Source: a virus. Taken from it: a DNA stretch of 64,000 bases. This document shows positions 9,140-17,231 of this stretch, in pieces. How positions within the stretch are numbered: the first letter of the stretch is position 1; the number at the start of each line of letters is the position of its first letter. Location of the stretch: the IMG/VR virus record IMGVR_UViG_3300020048_002392, positions 1-64,000 of that record. One strand, 5' to 3'. The position numbers and the translations under genes were made by a program. The notes beneath the pieces are model-generated. The model was not told where the DNA came from and made no database searches. It worked only from the letters and a program-made list of their open reading frames with translations.

Positions 9140-9652
9140 ATGAAAGTATTTAAATTAAGTGATAGCGCTGAGGTGCCAACATTTGCTACTGAGGGGTCTG
9201 CTTGTTTTGATGTAAAAGCATGTTTTGCACTAGACACAAAACTGAAAACATACAGCCCTCATAATAAACAAATAATGGTACCAACAAAGATGGGTTCAGA
9301 TGGCAGACTAGTTGCTACTCTTCATCCGCAGTTTAGAACGTTAGTTCCTACTGGATTGATCTTTGACATTCCTAAGAACCATGTCTTGAAGATGTATCCA
9401 AGATCTGGCATGGCCGTGAAGTTTGGTGTCGGGCTCGCGAATTCAGTTGGAATTATTGACTCGGACTATGTCGAAGAAGCGTTCATCACAGTGTACAATA
9501 TGAGTGATACTCCAATTAATATCTTCCACGGCGATAGAATTGCACAAGCAATGCTCGAAGAAGTTAAGGCATATACTCTAGTTGAAAGAAAGTCCCGCCC
9601 AGAAAAGAAAACGGATCGTGAGGGCGGCATCGGTTCAACCGGTGTAAATTGA
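9140..9652 (+). CDS. dut: dUTPase (trimeric)
   Basis: GSACFD, PRSG, GIIDSDY, GDRIAQ and REGGIGSTG motifs. Confidence 0.95.
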   Translation: MKVFKLSDSAEVPTFATEGSACFDVKACFALDTKLKTYSPHNKQIMVPTKMGSDGRLVATLHPQFRTLVPTGLIFDIPKNHVLKMYPRSGMAVKFGVGLANSVGIIDSDYVEEAFITVYNMSDTPINIFHGDRIAQAMLEEVKAYTLVERKSRPEKKTDREGGIGSTGVN

Positions 9653-9709
9653 TAATTAACCGACATAGAAATAATTTCTATGTTTACACACAGAGAGGAA
9701 GGAACTAAA

Positions 9710-9958
9710 ATGACTAATAAGAACGGTTTTGAAATTCGTCTTGAAGTACTCAAGATGGCAAAAGAAATGCTAGACCAGCAACACGCAGAAGCATCCAACA
9801 TTTATTGGACTTCCGTAAACACTTTAGCTGAAACATGGAATAAATCTGTAACTGAGTTGCTAGAACAGACTAAGACTATGCAACCAACTATGTACAGTCC
9901 AGAAGACATCATGAAAAAAGCTCAAGAACTATACGGTTTTGTTGCTAAAAAAGATTGA
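9710..9958 (+). CDS. conserved hypothetical phage protein
   Basis: NGFEIRLEVLKMAKEM...IMKKAQELYGFV. The ATG at 9710 is preceded by GAGGAAGGA. Confidence 0.7.
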   Translation: MTNKNGFEIRLEVLKMAKEMLDQQHAEASNIYWTSVNTLAETWNKSVTELLEQTKTMQPTMYSPEDIMKKAQELYGFVAKKD

Positions 9959-9965
9959 TTTATGA

Positions 9966-9973
9966 TATAAATA
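9966..9973 (+). promoter_or_regulatory. T4-type late promoter (TATAAATA) upstream of hsp20
   Basis: Exact TATAAATA in the intergenic region. Confidence 0.7.
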
Positions 9974-9974
9974 A

Positions 9975-10067
9975 ATCGCAGTGACGCCTTATGGGTCACT
10001 GCGATCAATCCGGTTCAATAACGGATTATTACATGTTAAAACTCGCTTTATAAGGAGAAAACAAATG
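9975..10067 (+). promoter_or_regulatory. structured hsp20 leader, ROSE-like RNA thermometer candidate
   Basis: An 11-bp perfect stem (9975-10005), a second stem (10007-10027), and CUCGCUU pairing with the SD AAGGAG around a bulged G (10042-10057). Confidence 0.55.
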
Positions 10068-10520
10068 GCGATAGAACATATTCTTAGAAACGATCCACTC
10101 TTTGTTGGATTTGAACGAATCTTCGATAGAATGAACACTGCAACTAAGTTTGCAAACGTTCCACAACAAAAATACCCACCATATAATATAGTTAAGACCG
10201 GTGAGAACACATATCTCATTGAAGTAGCTGTTGCAGGCTTTAAAGAAGAAGACTTCGATATAGAACTGCACGATAGCATTCTTACTATAAGAGGTGAAGT
10301 AAAAACGAACGAAGATGTACACGACTACATATACCAGGGAATTGCTTCGAGGGGATTTGAAAGAAGATTTACTCTTGCAGATACTGTTCAAGTTGAGTCT
10401 GTATCTTTGGATCAGGGTATGCTAACGGTTCGTCTTGTGAATGAAATTCCTGAGGAAAAGAAACCGAGGAAGATACATATAAGAGGAACTCCGGCCGAAA
10501 AACAGTTACTAACAGAATAA
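10065..10520 (+). CDS. small heat shock protein Hsp20 (IbpA-like)
   Basis: YPPYNI, IEVAVAGF, GIASRGFERRFTL and EEKKPRKI. The start at 10065 follows AAGGAG. Confidence 0.95.
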   Translation: MAIEHILRNDPLFVGFERIFDRMNTATKFANVPQQKYPPYNIVKTGENTYLIEVAVAGFKEEDFDIELHDSILTIRGEVKTNEDVHDYIYQGIASRGFERRFTLADTVQVESVSLDQGMLTVRLVNEIPEEKKPRKIHIRGTPAEKQLLTE

Positions 10521-10521
10521 G

Positions 10522-10549
10522 AAAAGGGGAGCATTTGCTCCCCTTTTTT
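10522..10549. terminator. bidirectional rho-independent terminator
   Basis: AAAAGGGGAGC-ATTT-GCTCCCCTTTTTT between convergent genes. Confidence 0.85.
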
Positions 10550-12788
10550 AAAACCCTGCTCTTGGTAACCCGTAATCTAAATCGTTTGACGACCTCGGTG
10601 TTATTACAGTAGTATTTGTAGTTCCACCTACATATGTGTTTGATGGCGCGTTTGTTACTGGAGAATAAGAAACGTTCGTAGGAGCAGTTTCTTTCGGTGC
10701 AACTGATTTCTCAATTATCTCTAGACTTTTAATTATGTTTTGCGATAGTTCTATCATTCTTTCGGAATGTTTTGTTATTATTTCAGATGATAGCAACGTT
10801 TCATTAGTTGCTGATGTTATGCTTTGGTATACATCCGCTGATTCTACTTTATCATTCTGAGTAACATTGGTAGCATTTTGTAAATTTGATTCTGCAGGTG
10901 GCTGGTTAACATCAGGCTGGCTTACTTGCGCCGTAGACTGGCCTAAGATAACATTAACTTTAGAAATTGCTTCGGCCATCTCGCTTAATTTTAGAGAAGG
11001 ATCTAATAATCCTTTTGGAAAATTGATATCCTTTCCTAAACCAAGCCATCCACCAGATCCTTCAACCGGTCCTCCGTTCGCAAGCGCGTCTAAGAACGGA
11101 ATAGCCTGTCCTAAATCTGTAGCTAATTGCTTAAAATCTATATCAATTCCACTAATCTTAATACCGCTAAATTTACTTAAAGCATCTGCAATTGTATTTA
11201 AAGCTTCTCCACCTTTAATTAATTCGCTTGAATTTTTGGCTATATCCATAATTTGGTCAAACGGATTATCTACACCAAACAACCCTAGTAAAGCTGGGCC
11301 AAGATTTGCAATTGTTCCAATAAGATTTCCAACACCAAACGCTGCTAACCCGGCCGCAAATGAAATCAAACCAGGGCCTAGCATTAATAGATCAACACCG
11401 TTTAGTGCCTTCGCCGCACCTATTCCTTCAAATATGTTTGTAAATAAACTCTTCAATCCTTCGCCTGGTTCGCCACCCGTCATACTAGACAACGTTGTGA
11501 TAGCAGCATCAGCGCCTGCTAGCGCAGCCATAAATCCAGCAAGACCGACGCCTATTAGTGGAAGACCTACTGCAACGCTTCCTCCAAGCGGGCCCGCAGC
11601 TGCCATCAATACTCCAAGCGCGGTCATCGCTGTTGGGCTCAATGCCATGATAGCCTCATTAAATATTTTGAAGGATGATACTAAACCTTCTCCACTTCCT
11701 GCTGGAACAGAGTTAATCCATTCTATGCCAACTTCTCCGGCTGCTAGGCCTGCCATAAATCCAGCAATCCCAGCTCCTATCCCCGTCATGTTCTTTGCAA
11801 GAGATGTTGGCGACATTTTAGGAAGTCCGCCTGCAGCAGTAATAATTGCTGCGAGAGCTAATACACTCGTTGGAGAAAGAACAGCCATAGAATCGTTGAA
11901 CATTTGAAACGCTGATACAAGAGCGGACCCATCAGCACCTGTAATAGATGTTATCCAACCTAAGCCAACGTCTGCTAATACTAGACCTCCTAAGAACCCT
12001 CCGATGCCAGCCGATATGCCAGCCATAGACATCGCTAAACTCTTAGCATCGCCTTTAAACGCAGTGTTTGCAATCGCGACTGCGGCAAGACCACCTAATA
12101 AACCAACTGCCTCAACACTTAGGTTTCCTATTGCGGCGCTAAACGAAGCTAATGCTTCTCCTACGTTAGAATAATCGTTGCCGACCCAACCTAGCCCTAT
12201 CTCACCTAATGAAAGGCCGACTAGAAACCCGCTTATTCCTGCGCCTAAACCAACCATACCACTTGCTGTGCCTAGACCATACAAGTTTTTGAATGAAGCA
12301 GTTCCAGCCGCAATGGCAGAAGCGCCAGCAAGTGCAGTAATAGCGGCAGGCGATAAATTCTCCATCGCGTCGCTAAAGGAAGCGAACGCATCTCCTAATC
12401 CAGAGTAGTCGCTCCCTAACCAATCCAAGCCAATGCTACCAATTGATAGAGCGGCCATAAATCCTGCTATACCAGCGCCTAGTCCGATTAATCCACCAGC
12501 GGCGCCTATGCCCTCTCCAATGCCAGGCGCAGCGGCTGCACCAACTGCTGCGCCCATAGATTTGTTTTGTTGTACTTCTGCTGGCGGGGTAGCGGTAGTA
12601 TCAACACTAGCAAGACGATTTTTAGTTTCTAACTCTGCAATCAAACTTGAGAATATGTTTGTTTGACTTGATATTTGGTTCACAGTTTCTTGCTGTAAAC
12701 CAACCAAGTTTAGCATAGAACTTTTTTGCTCCGTCATAGTATTATCTATAGATTGCAATACTATTTTAAGATCGTCTAGACTTGCCAT
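10548..12788 (-). CDS. tape-measure / gp29-like baseplate hub protein
   Basis: Long Ala/Gly-rich helical protein with internal repeats, downstream of gp26-gp51 as in T4-like phages. Confidence 0.55.
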   Translation of the reverse strand: MASLDDLKIVLQSIDNTMTEQKSSMLNLVGLQQETVNQISSQTNIFSSLIAELETKNRLASVDTTATPPAEVQQNKSMGAAVGAAAAPGIGEGIGAAGGLIGLGAGIAGFMAALSIGSIGLDWLGSDYSGLGDAFASFSDAMENLSPAAITALAGASAIAAGTASFKNLYGLGTASGMVGLGAGISGFLVGLSLGEIGLGWVGNDYSNVGEALASFSAAIGNLSVEAVGLLGGLAAVAIANTAFKGDAKSLAMSMAGISAGIGGFLGGLVLADVGLGWITSITGADGSALVSAFQMFNDSMAVLSPTSVLALAAIITAAGGLPKMSPTSLAKNMTGIGAGIAGFMAGLAAGEVGIEWINSVPAGSGEGLVSSFKIFNEAIMALSPTAMTALGVLMAAAGPLGGSVAVGLPLIGVGLAGFMAALAGADAAITTLSSMTGGEPGEGLKSLFTNIFEGIGAAKALNGVDLLMLGPGLISFAAGLAAFGVGNLIGTIANLGPALLGLFGVDNPFDQIMDIAKNSSELIKGGEALNTIADALSKFSGIKISGIDIDFKQLATDLGQAIPFLDALANGGPVEGSGGWLGLGKDINFPKGLLDPSLKLSEMAEAISKVNVILGQSTAQVSQPDVNQPPAESNLQNATNVTQNDKVESADVYQSITSATNETLLSSEIITKHSERMIELSQNIIKSLEIIEKSVAPKETAPTNVSYSPVTNAPSNTYVGGTTNTTVITPRSSNDLDYGLPRAGF

Positions 12789-12792
12789 TTAT

Positions 12793-12957
12793 TTAGCTTT
12801 CTTTCTTTTTCTGACTTTGTATAAATTCTAAAAGCATATCAAAATACAAATCTCTTTCATAAGGTATTAAACTTTCTATTTCAGCAATAGAGTATTTATG
12901 ATGTTGAGCCATTCCGAATATTTTTTGATAATATATGAAAAGGTTGGTATGACTCAT
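12793..12957 (-). CDS. 51: baseplate hub assembly protein gp51-like (54 aa, not in the ORF track)
   Basis: Manual translation gives MSHTNLFIYYQKIFGMAQHHKYSIAEIESLIPYERDLYFDMLLEFIQSQKKKES, with the HKYS..EIE.L.P.ER..Y pattern, immediately after gp26. Confidence 0.8.
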   Translation of the reverse strand: MSHTNLFIYYQKIFGMAQHHKYSIAEIESLIPYERDLYFDMLLEFIQSQKKKES

Positions 12958-12959
12958 TA

Positions 12960-13661
12960 TTACATAAAAAAACTTTGCGTTCCTTGTATAGTAAACACCT
13001 TTGAATGACCATTTGCGTTCGTATACGGTATTTCATGTCTAACTTTTGGCATAGTGTCAAAAAAGTGTTTTATGTTTTTTGTTACATCTGAATGAAGACT
13101 GTCAATAAAATCATCAACTTGTTTTTTAGTAAAATCTTTAAATTTATAAACTTCGTTTTCAGATGCTAATTGATCGATACACGATAACAATATCTCATAA
13201 CTTTTTTCTGGCGACATTTCGTTCTTCGCTAGTATCTCAGAGAAGTCATCTATATTTGGATACCTTAAAAACAAAGTATACGTGTCGTCGACTTTAATCC
13301 GATTTGTGTGAGTTTCATCTATATGAACCTTTACATTTTCCAGATTAAGTAGTAGCTTAACTTTTTCTGCTGTTTCAGGATCTTCAATTTCGAACTCTAC
13401 ATTGTTATCCACGGACTTGGATCTAATGTTAATCATAAGATATTCTAAATCAAAGAGTGACAATTGGTCGATATCGTAATCTTGTAAGCAATTATTAATT
13501 ATTTGTTTTATTGCTATTACTATTTGACCGGATTCTTTTGATTGTTGCGCGGTTAATAAGATCTTTTCTTCTTTTACAGTAAAAGGTCTATATTTCACTT
13601 TCTTATTATTTGAAGGAAGTGTCAATTCGTAGAGCGGCATATCAATTTTAGGTAAAGGCAT
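12960..13661 (-). CDS. 26: baseplate hub subunit gp26
   Basis: MPLPKIDMPLYELTLPS, YRPFTVKEEKILL, FDLEYL..IRSKSV and FFDTMPK. Confidence 0.9.
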   Translation of the reverse strand: MPLPKIDMPLYELTLPSNNKKVKYRPFTVKEEKILLTAQQSKESGQIVIAIKQIINNCLQDYDIDQLSLFDLEYLMINIRSKSVDNNVEFEIEDPETAEKVKLLLNLENVKVHIDETHTNRIKVDDTYTLFLRYPNIDDFSEILAKNEMSPEKSYEILLSCIDQLASENEVYKFKDFTKKQVDDFIDSLHSDVTKNIKHFFDTMPKVRHEIPYTNANGHSKVFTIQGTQSFFM

Positions 13662-13677
13662 TTTAATTCTCCATTAT

Positions 13678-14475
13678 TTAGAATATATTTCTAAGTGTTG
13701 TGAACGTGTTCTTTAACGTTCTAAAATCATTTCTCACTGTTGTGAAGGTATTTATTGCATCTTGTACGCTAGTTGGTAAATTCGTTTGTTGAACAGTCTG
13801 ACCTCTATATCCAACACTATTTAGAAAGTCTACGTATCCGTTTCCTCTAGATAAATTAGATATAACCGTACCAGGATCGGACGCACTAAAACTGAACGCT
13901 GATGCAGAAAAATTAACTGATACTGTGGCTATAGAATCACTAGGTGACCATGAAAGAGTCTTACCTCCAATTTCAGTTGGGAACACATCATAAAAGACAT
14001 ATTCATAAGCTTTTTCAATATTTTCGTTAGTTGTATCAGTTTTAAAATGAGTTATAAGCAAATCACACGTGTAATCAGATTTATATCCAATTTCGTATGT
14101 CATATGGTCGTCACGTATCTGAGTTAGATTACCGAAACTTATATCATAGTTAATTATTTCTTGCATCCACGAATGAAAGAATGAAATAACTCTATGTTCT
14201 GAATCCAGCATGAATGTAGTATTGATCTGTGGGGTAGATAAATTTGTTGGTATAGATTGCGCAATATCTATTGAATTTGCTCTATATGATGCTACGTTTA
14301 CATTAATAGCAGGCACTGCTACTTCTGAGCAAAAGAATCTTAAATCTTCTTTTAATATAAATTCATTTTTTCTATTTGCAGTGCGACCAGCACTTAATGA
14401 CACTACGAATAGATTAGATTTTGCTGGTCCTCCATATTTGTTCATGACAGCTTTGAATTCGTTAATGTTGAACAT
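13678..14475 (-). CDS. tail tube-like baseplate initiator (gp54/gp19 family)
   Basis: GGPAKSNLFVV, FFC..V.VP, FHSWMQEI and VFPTEIG...LSWS. Confidence 0.7.
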   Translation of the reverse strand: MFNINEFKAVMNKYGGPAKSNLFVVSLSAGRTANRKNEFILKEDLRFFCSEVAVPAINVNVASYRANSIDIAQSIPTNLSTPQINTTFMLDSEHRVISFFHSWMQEIINYDISFGNLTQIRDDHMTYEIGYKSDYTCDLLITHFKTDTTNENIEKAYEYVFYDVFPTEIGGKTLSWSPSDSIATVSVNFSASAFSFSASDPGTVISNLSRGNGYVDFLNSVGYRGQTVQQTNLPTSVQDAINTFTTVRNDFRTLKNTFTTLRNIF

Positions 14476-15083
14476 TATCTGTTCCCTCTTATAATTTTTC
14501 TAGAGTCTTCCCAAACTTGAGTCTGTGTCGCACCTTCAAATTTGGCAATATTGAGGAACAGTGCCATATCCCATTCTGACGGGTTTATGTACATTAACTT
14601 ACTACGAACGTGGCTAAACAAGTAGTGTTTAATAGTAGGTCGAAATTCACGGTACTGTGTTGTTGCGCTAAGAACTCGATATGATACTTGGAGTTTAGTC
14701 GTCTCATCATAACGATCATTGGACGCAACGTCATACAGAGCGTCCATTAATTTTGCTCTAAGTTTTAATGGAAGGTAGTGGAAGTTAATACCTAAGAACC
14801 CGCCAGGTGCACGATTGATCGGAAATATCAAAGGCACGCGGTCATAATAAGGAAGTGTATCTTTATGCTTAGGATCGTAATAGAACATATACATGTTACC
14901 AATCTTAAATTGGCTGGAACTCTTAAGTCTATCTGTATCTGCCGACCTAAAGAAAGAAGTCTCGTTTACCTTTCCAACTTCCTTTGCCTTTTCACGATAC
15001 CATACGCGTGCAGTACTACCTCGTGCAGGCATTTGTCCAGCGCGAATTCCTTTTAACAGAATGTCATCAAATATCTTAGCCAA
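14475..15083 (-). CDS. 2: DNA end protector protein gp2
   Basis: MYMFYYDPKHKDTLPYYDRVPLIF, GINFHYLP, IKHYL and VWEDSR. Confidence 0.92.
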   Translation of the reverse strand: MAKIFDDILLKGIRAGQMPARGSTARVWYREKAKEVGKVNETSFFRSADTDRLKSSSQFKIGNMYMFYYDPKHKDTLPYYDRVPLIFPINRAPGGFLGINFHYLPLKLRAKLMDALYDVASNDRYDETTKLQVSYRVLSATTQYREFRPTIKHYLFSHVRSKLMYINPSEWDMALFLNIAKFEGATQTQVWEDSRKIIRGNR

Positions 15084-15091
15084 CTATCGTG

Positions 15092-15550
15092 TTACCTTAC
15101 GTTTAAATGTTTTTCTGTCATGATCTCGAACTTCCATCCTCTAGACGCGCAGAACTGTCTCGCGGCCTTCCACTTAGCGTCATTGATGCCAAAAGTTTTA
15201 ACCTCATTCAAGTATCTTCTCGATATACGTCCACTAGGCGTCTTATTCTTCTTACTTATATCCGGCGGCATAGTTTGTTTCTCTGGTTTTATTTCAATCA
15301 TAATAGTTTCAAAAACGTTTTCTCCAACCTTTTTATTTAGTATCACATCAGGATAATATCTATGCATCTTCCCATCTATCGGTGATAAATACGGTATAGC
15401 TACTTCTTCTGATTGCCACCAAACTACATCAGGGTGTAGATCAATAAACTTAAAAAACTTAAACTCCCAAAGAGAACGATAAACTATTTTGGTAGGATCA
15501 CCGCGGTATTTCACTGGGTTTACTGGCTTAAAGCGACCTTTGTATGACAT
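15092..15550 (-). CDS. 4: head completion nuclease gp4
   Basis: YKGRFKPVNPVKYRGD, YRSLWE, HRYYPD, IEIKP and NDAKWKAA. Start placed at the ATG at 15550. Confidence 0.92.
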   Translation of the reverse strand: MSYKGRFKPVNPVKYRGDPTKIVYRSLWEFKFFKFIDLHPDVVWWQSEEVAIPYLSPIDGKMHRYYPDVILNKKVGENVFETIMIEIKPEKQTMPPDISKKNKTPSGRISRRYLNEVKTFGINDAKWKAARQFCASRGWKFEIMTEKHLNVR

Positions 15551-15564
15551 TGTCTCAACTTCAT

Positions 15565-15572
15565 TATAAATA
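15565..15572 (+). promoter_or_regulatory. late promoter for the gp48-gp53-gp5 operon
   Basis: TATAAATA on the plus strand. Confidence 0.75.
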
Positions 15573-15586
15573 ATCTTAATCAATTG

Positions 15587-15594
15587 TATTTATA
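15587..15594 (-). promoter_or_regulatory. late promoter for the gp4-gp2-gp26 operon
   Basis: TATTTATA on the plus strand, which is TATAAATA on the minus strand. Confidence 0.75.
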
Positions 15595-15610
15595 AGGAAT
15601 TTAAGTTTTA

Positions 15611-16582
15611 ATGTCTGTAAGATCGGAAATCGAAAGCAAAAAGGCAGAACTGAATAAAATGGGAGTAATCTCATTTCCTAGTAACCTTGGTGCTCATGCG
15701 ACTCTTTTGATATTTAAAAAGTATAAGTATCGTAGCCCAGGTACTAGAGGACTTAATAAAGTTTCAAGTAGTACATTAACGCAGGAAGAATTAGGCAGTT
15801 CTGCGCTATTACTTCCACTCCCACGCGAAATAAAAGACTCGTACTCAATTAAGATATCAGAGTTTGAACAAGGAATGTTTGGAGATGCTATAAGCCAAGG
15901 CGGGAATTATTTCGGTGGCGACGGAACTCTTGATACAAGTGCAATTCTACAGAACATAGGTCTTCCTTCTACTCAAGCTTTAGTGTCAACCGCAACTGGT
16001 GCAGCTAGCGCATTAGCGACAAGATTTTTAGGTTCTAGAACTGGTGCTGTTGGTGGAGCTGCATTAGGAGCAGCATTAGGAGGATCGTCTAGCATACCGT
16101 CTAGTATTGAAGCTGGTGCAGGTTCGACAGTAAACCCAAAGCAAGCATTGAGTTTTCAAGGAATAGAGTTAAAGAGACATAATTTTAGTTGGATTATGGC
16201 TGCAACGAATCCTGAGGAATCAAATAAGATACTAAACATAACTAACGTGATACGTAGGAATGCATTACCTAGTTATACGAACGTAGGTCCTTTAAAGAGG
16301 GCGTTTCTAAACTATCCTAGTACAGTCGATATATACTTCTTTGGTATAGATCAACAATACTTTATGTATTATAAAACGTGTATGATAGATAATTTTGATT
16401 TTAACTATTCACCGCAAGGATTAGCCGTATTAAGAGGTGGTAAGCCTGCTATGGTAACAGTAAACATATCACTAAAAGAAATGGATATTCATACTGCAGA
16501 AAATTACACCGATGGAGACCCAGAAGCACTTGGTGGCACTATAGGCGTTGGTAATAGTGGCGGACGGGACCGTCAAGGATAA
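15611..16582 (+). CDS. 48: baseplate tail tube cap gp48-like
   Basis: VNPKQALSFQGIELKRHNFSW, FLNYPSTVDI and ISLKE; divergent from gp4. Confidence 0.75.
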   Translation: MSVRSEIESKKAELNKMGVISFPSNLGAHATLLIFKKYKYRSPGTRGLNKVSSSTLTQEELGSSALLLPLPREIKDSYSIKISEFEQGMFGDAISQGGNYFGGDGTLDTSAILQNIGLPSTQALVSTATGAASALATRFLGSRTGAVGGAALGAALGGSSSIPSSIEAGAGSTVNPKQALSFQGIELKRHNFSWIMAATNPEESNKILNITNVIRRNALPSYTNVGPLKRAFLNYPSTVDIYFFGIDQQYFMYYKTCMIDNFDFNYSPQGLAVLRGGKPAMVTVNISLKEMDIHTAENYTDGDPEALGGTIGVGNSGGRDRQG

Positions 16583-16596
16583 TTAAGGGAACATAA

Positions 16597-16974
16597 ATGT
16601 CAAACTATTTTGATCAAATGCCAATTATAAACTACAATGGGTATCAAATAAGAGACTTGACTCGTAGAAACAGGTTATTACCAGTGTCAATATCAAATCC
16701 GTATCTCTTTCTTCCATATACTATTTCAGAAGAAGATAGACCAGAAGACATTGCATACTATTACTATGGCTCAACTGACTATACTTGGTTAGTATTATTA
16801 GCGAATAACATACTCGACCCATATCACGACTGGCCTTTAAAGGAAGACGACTTTCATAAGTATCTTATAAAGAAGTATGAACAAGTGTCTGGAGAAAAAG
16901 GTTATGCAGTTGTTGATTGGACAAAGGACGAAACAATATTTGACAACATAATCTATTATTCAAAGGCGGTATAA
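16597..16974 (+). CDS. 53: baseplate wedge gp53, N-terminal part
   Basis: YFDQMPIINY and EDRPEDIAYYYYGSTDYTWLVLLANNILDPYHDWP (LysM-like gp53 motif). Confidence 0.85.
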   Translation: MSNYFDQMPIINYNGYQIRDLTRRNRLLPVSISNPYLFLPYTISEEDRPEDIAYYYYGSTDYTWLVLLANNILDPYHDWPLKEDDFHKYLIKKYEQVSGEKGYAVVDWTKDETIFDNIIYYSKAV

Positions 16975-16975
16975 T

Positions 16976-17230
16976 ATGTCAATAGATAGAATTCTATTAA
17001 ACCCAGATAGTTTTAGAACTATATACTTAAGAAAAGAAGATGATATAATACTAAGAACTGAAAAGGGAAAAAGAATATTCATTAGAAAAATAATTCCAGC
17101 TGAATGGGTTCCAATTCGCGCGTATGATTATGAAGTTGAGCAAAATGAAAATAAGAGAAACATTATGCTGATTGATAAACAGTATCTTCCGATCGTTGAA
17201 AAAGATCTTAAGAGACTCCTAAGAGACTAA
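16976..17230 (+). CDS. gp53 C-terminal-like protein encoded separately
   Basis: YDYEVEQNENKRNIMLIDKQYL resembles the conserved gp53 C-terminal motif. It has its own SD-like AAGGCGG. Confidence 0.6.
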   Translation: MSIDRILLNPDSFRTIYLRKEDDIILRTEKGKRIFIRKIIPAEWVPIRAYDYEVEQNENKRNIMLIDKQYLPIVEKDLKRLLRD

Positions 17231-17231
17231 T

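Noticed and set aside
9981-10064. N-terminal extension of Hsp20 given in the ORF track
   Set aside because: The GTG lies inside the leader hairpin without an SD. The ATG at 10065 has AAGGAG and gives a normal-sized small heat shock protein.
8727-10520. Absence of DNA polymerase gp43 after regA
   Set aside because: Gene order varies among T4-like phages and gp43 may simply lie outside the window.
10867-11907. 346-aa plus-strand ORF
   Set aside because: It is an antisense shadow of the Gly/Ala-rich gp29-like gene, with no SD or recognisable motifs.
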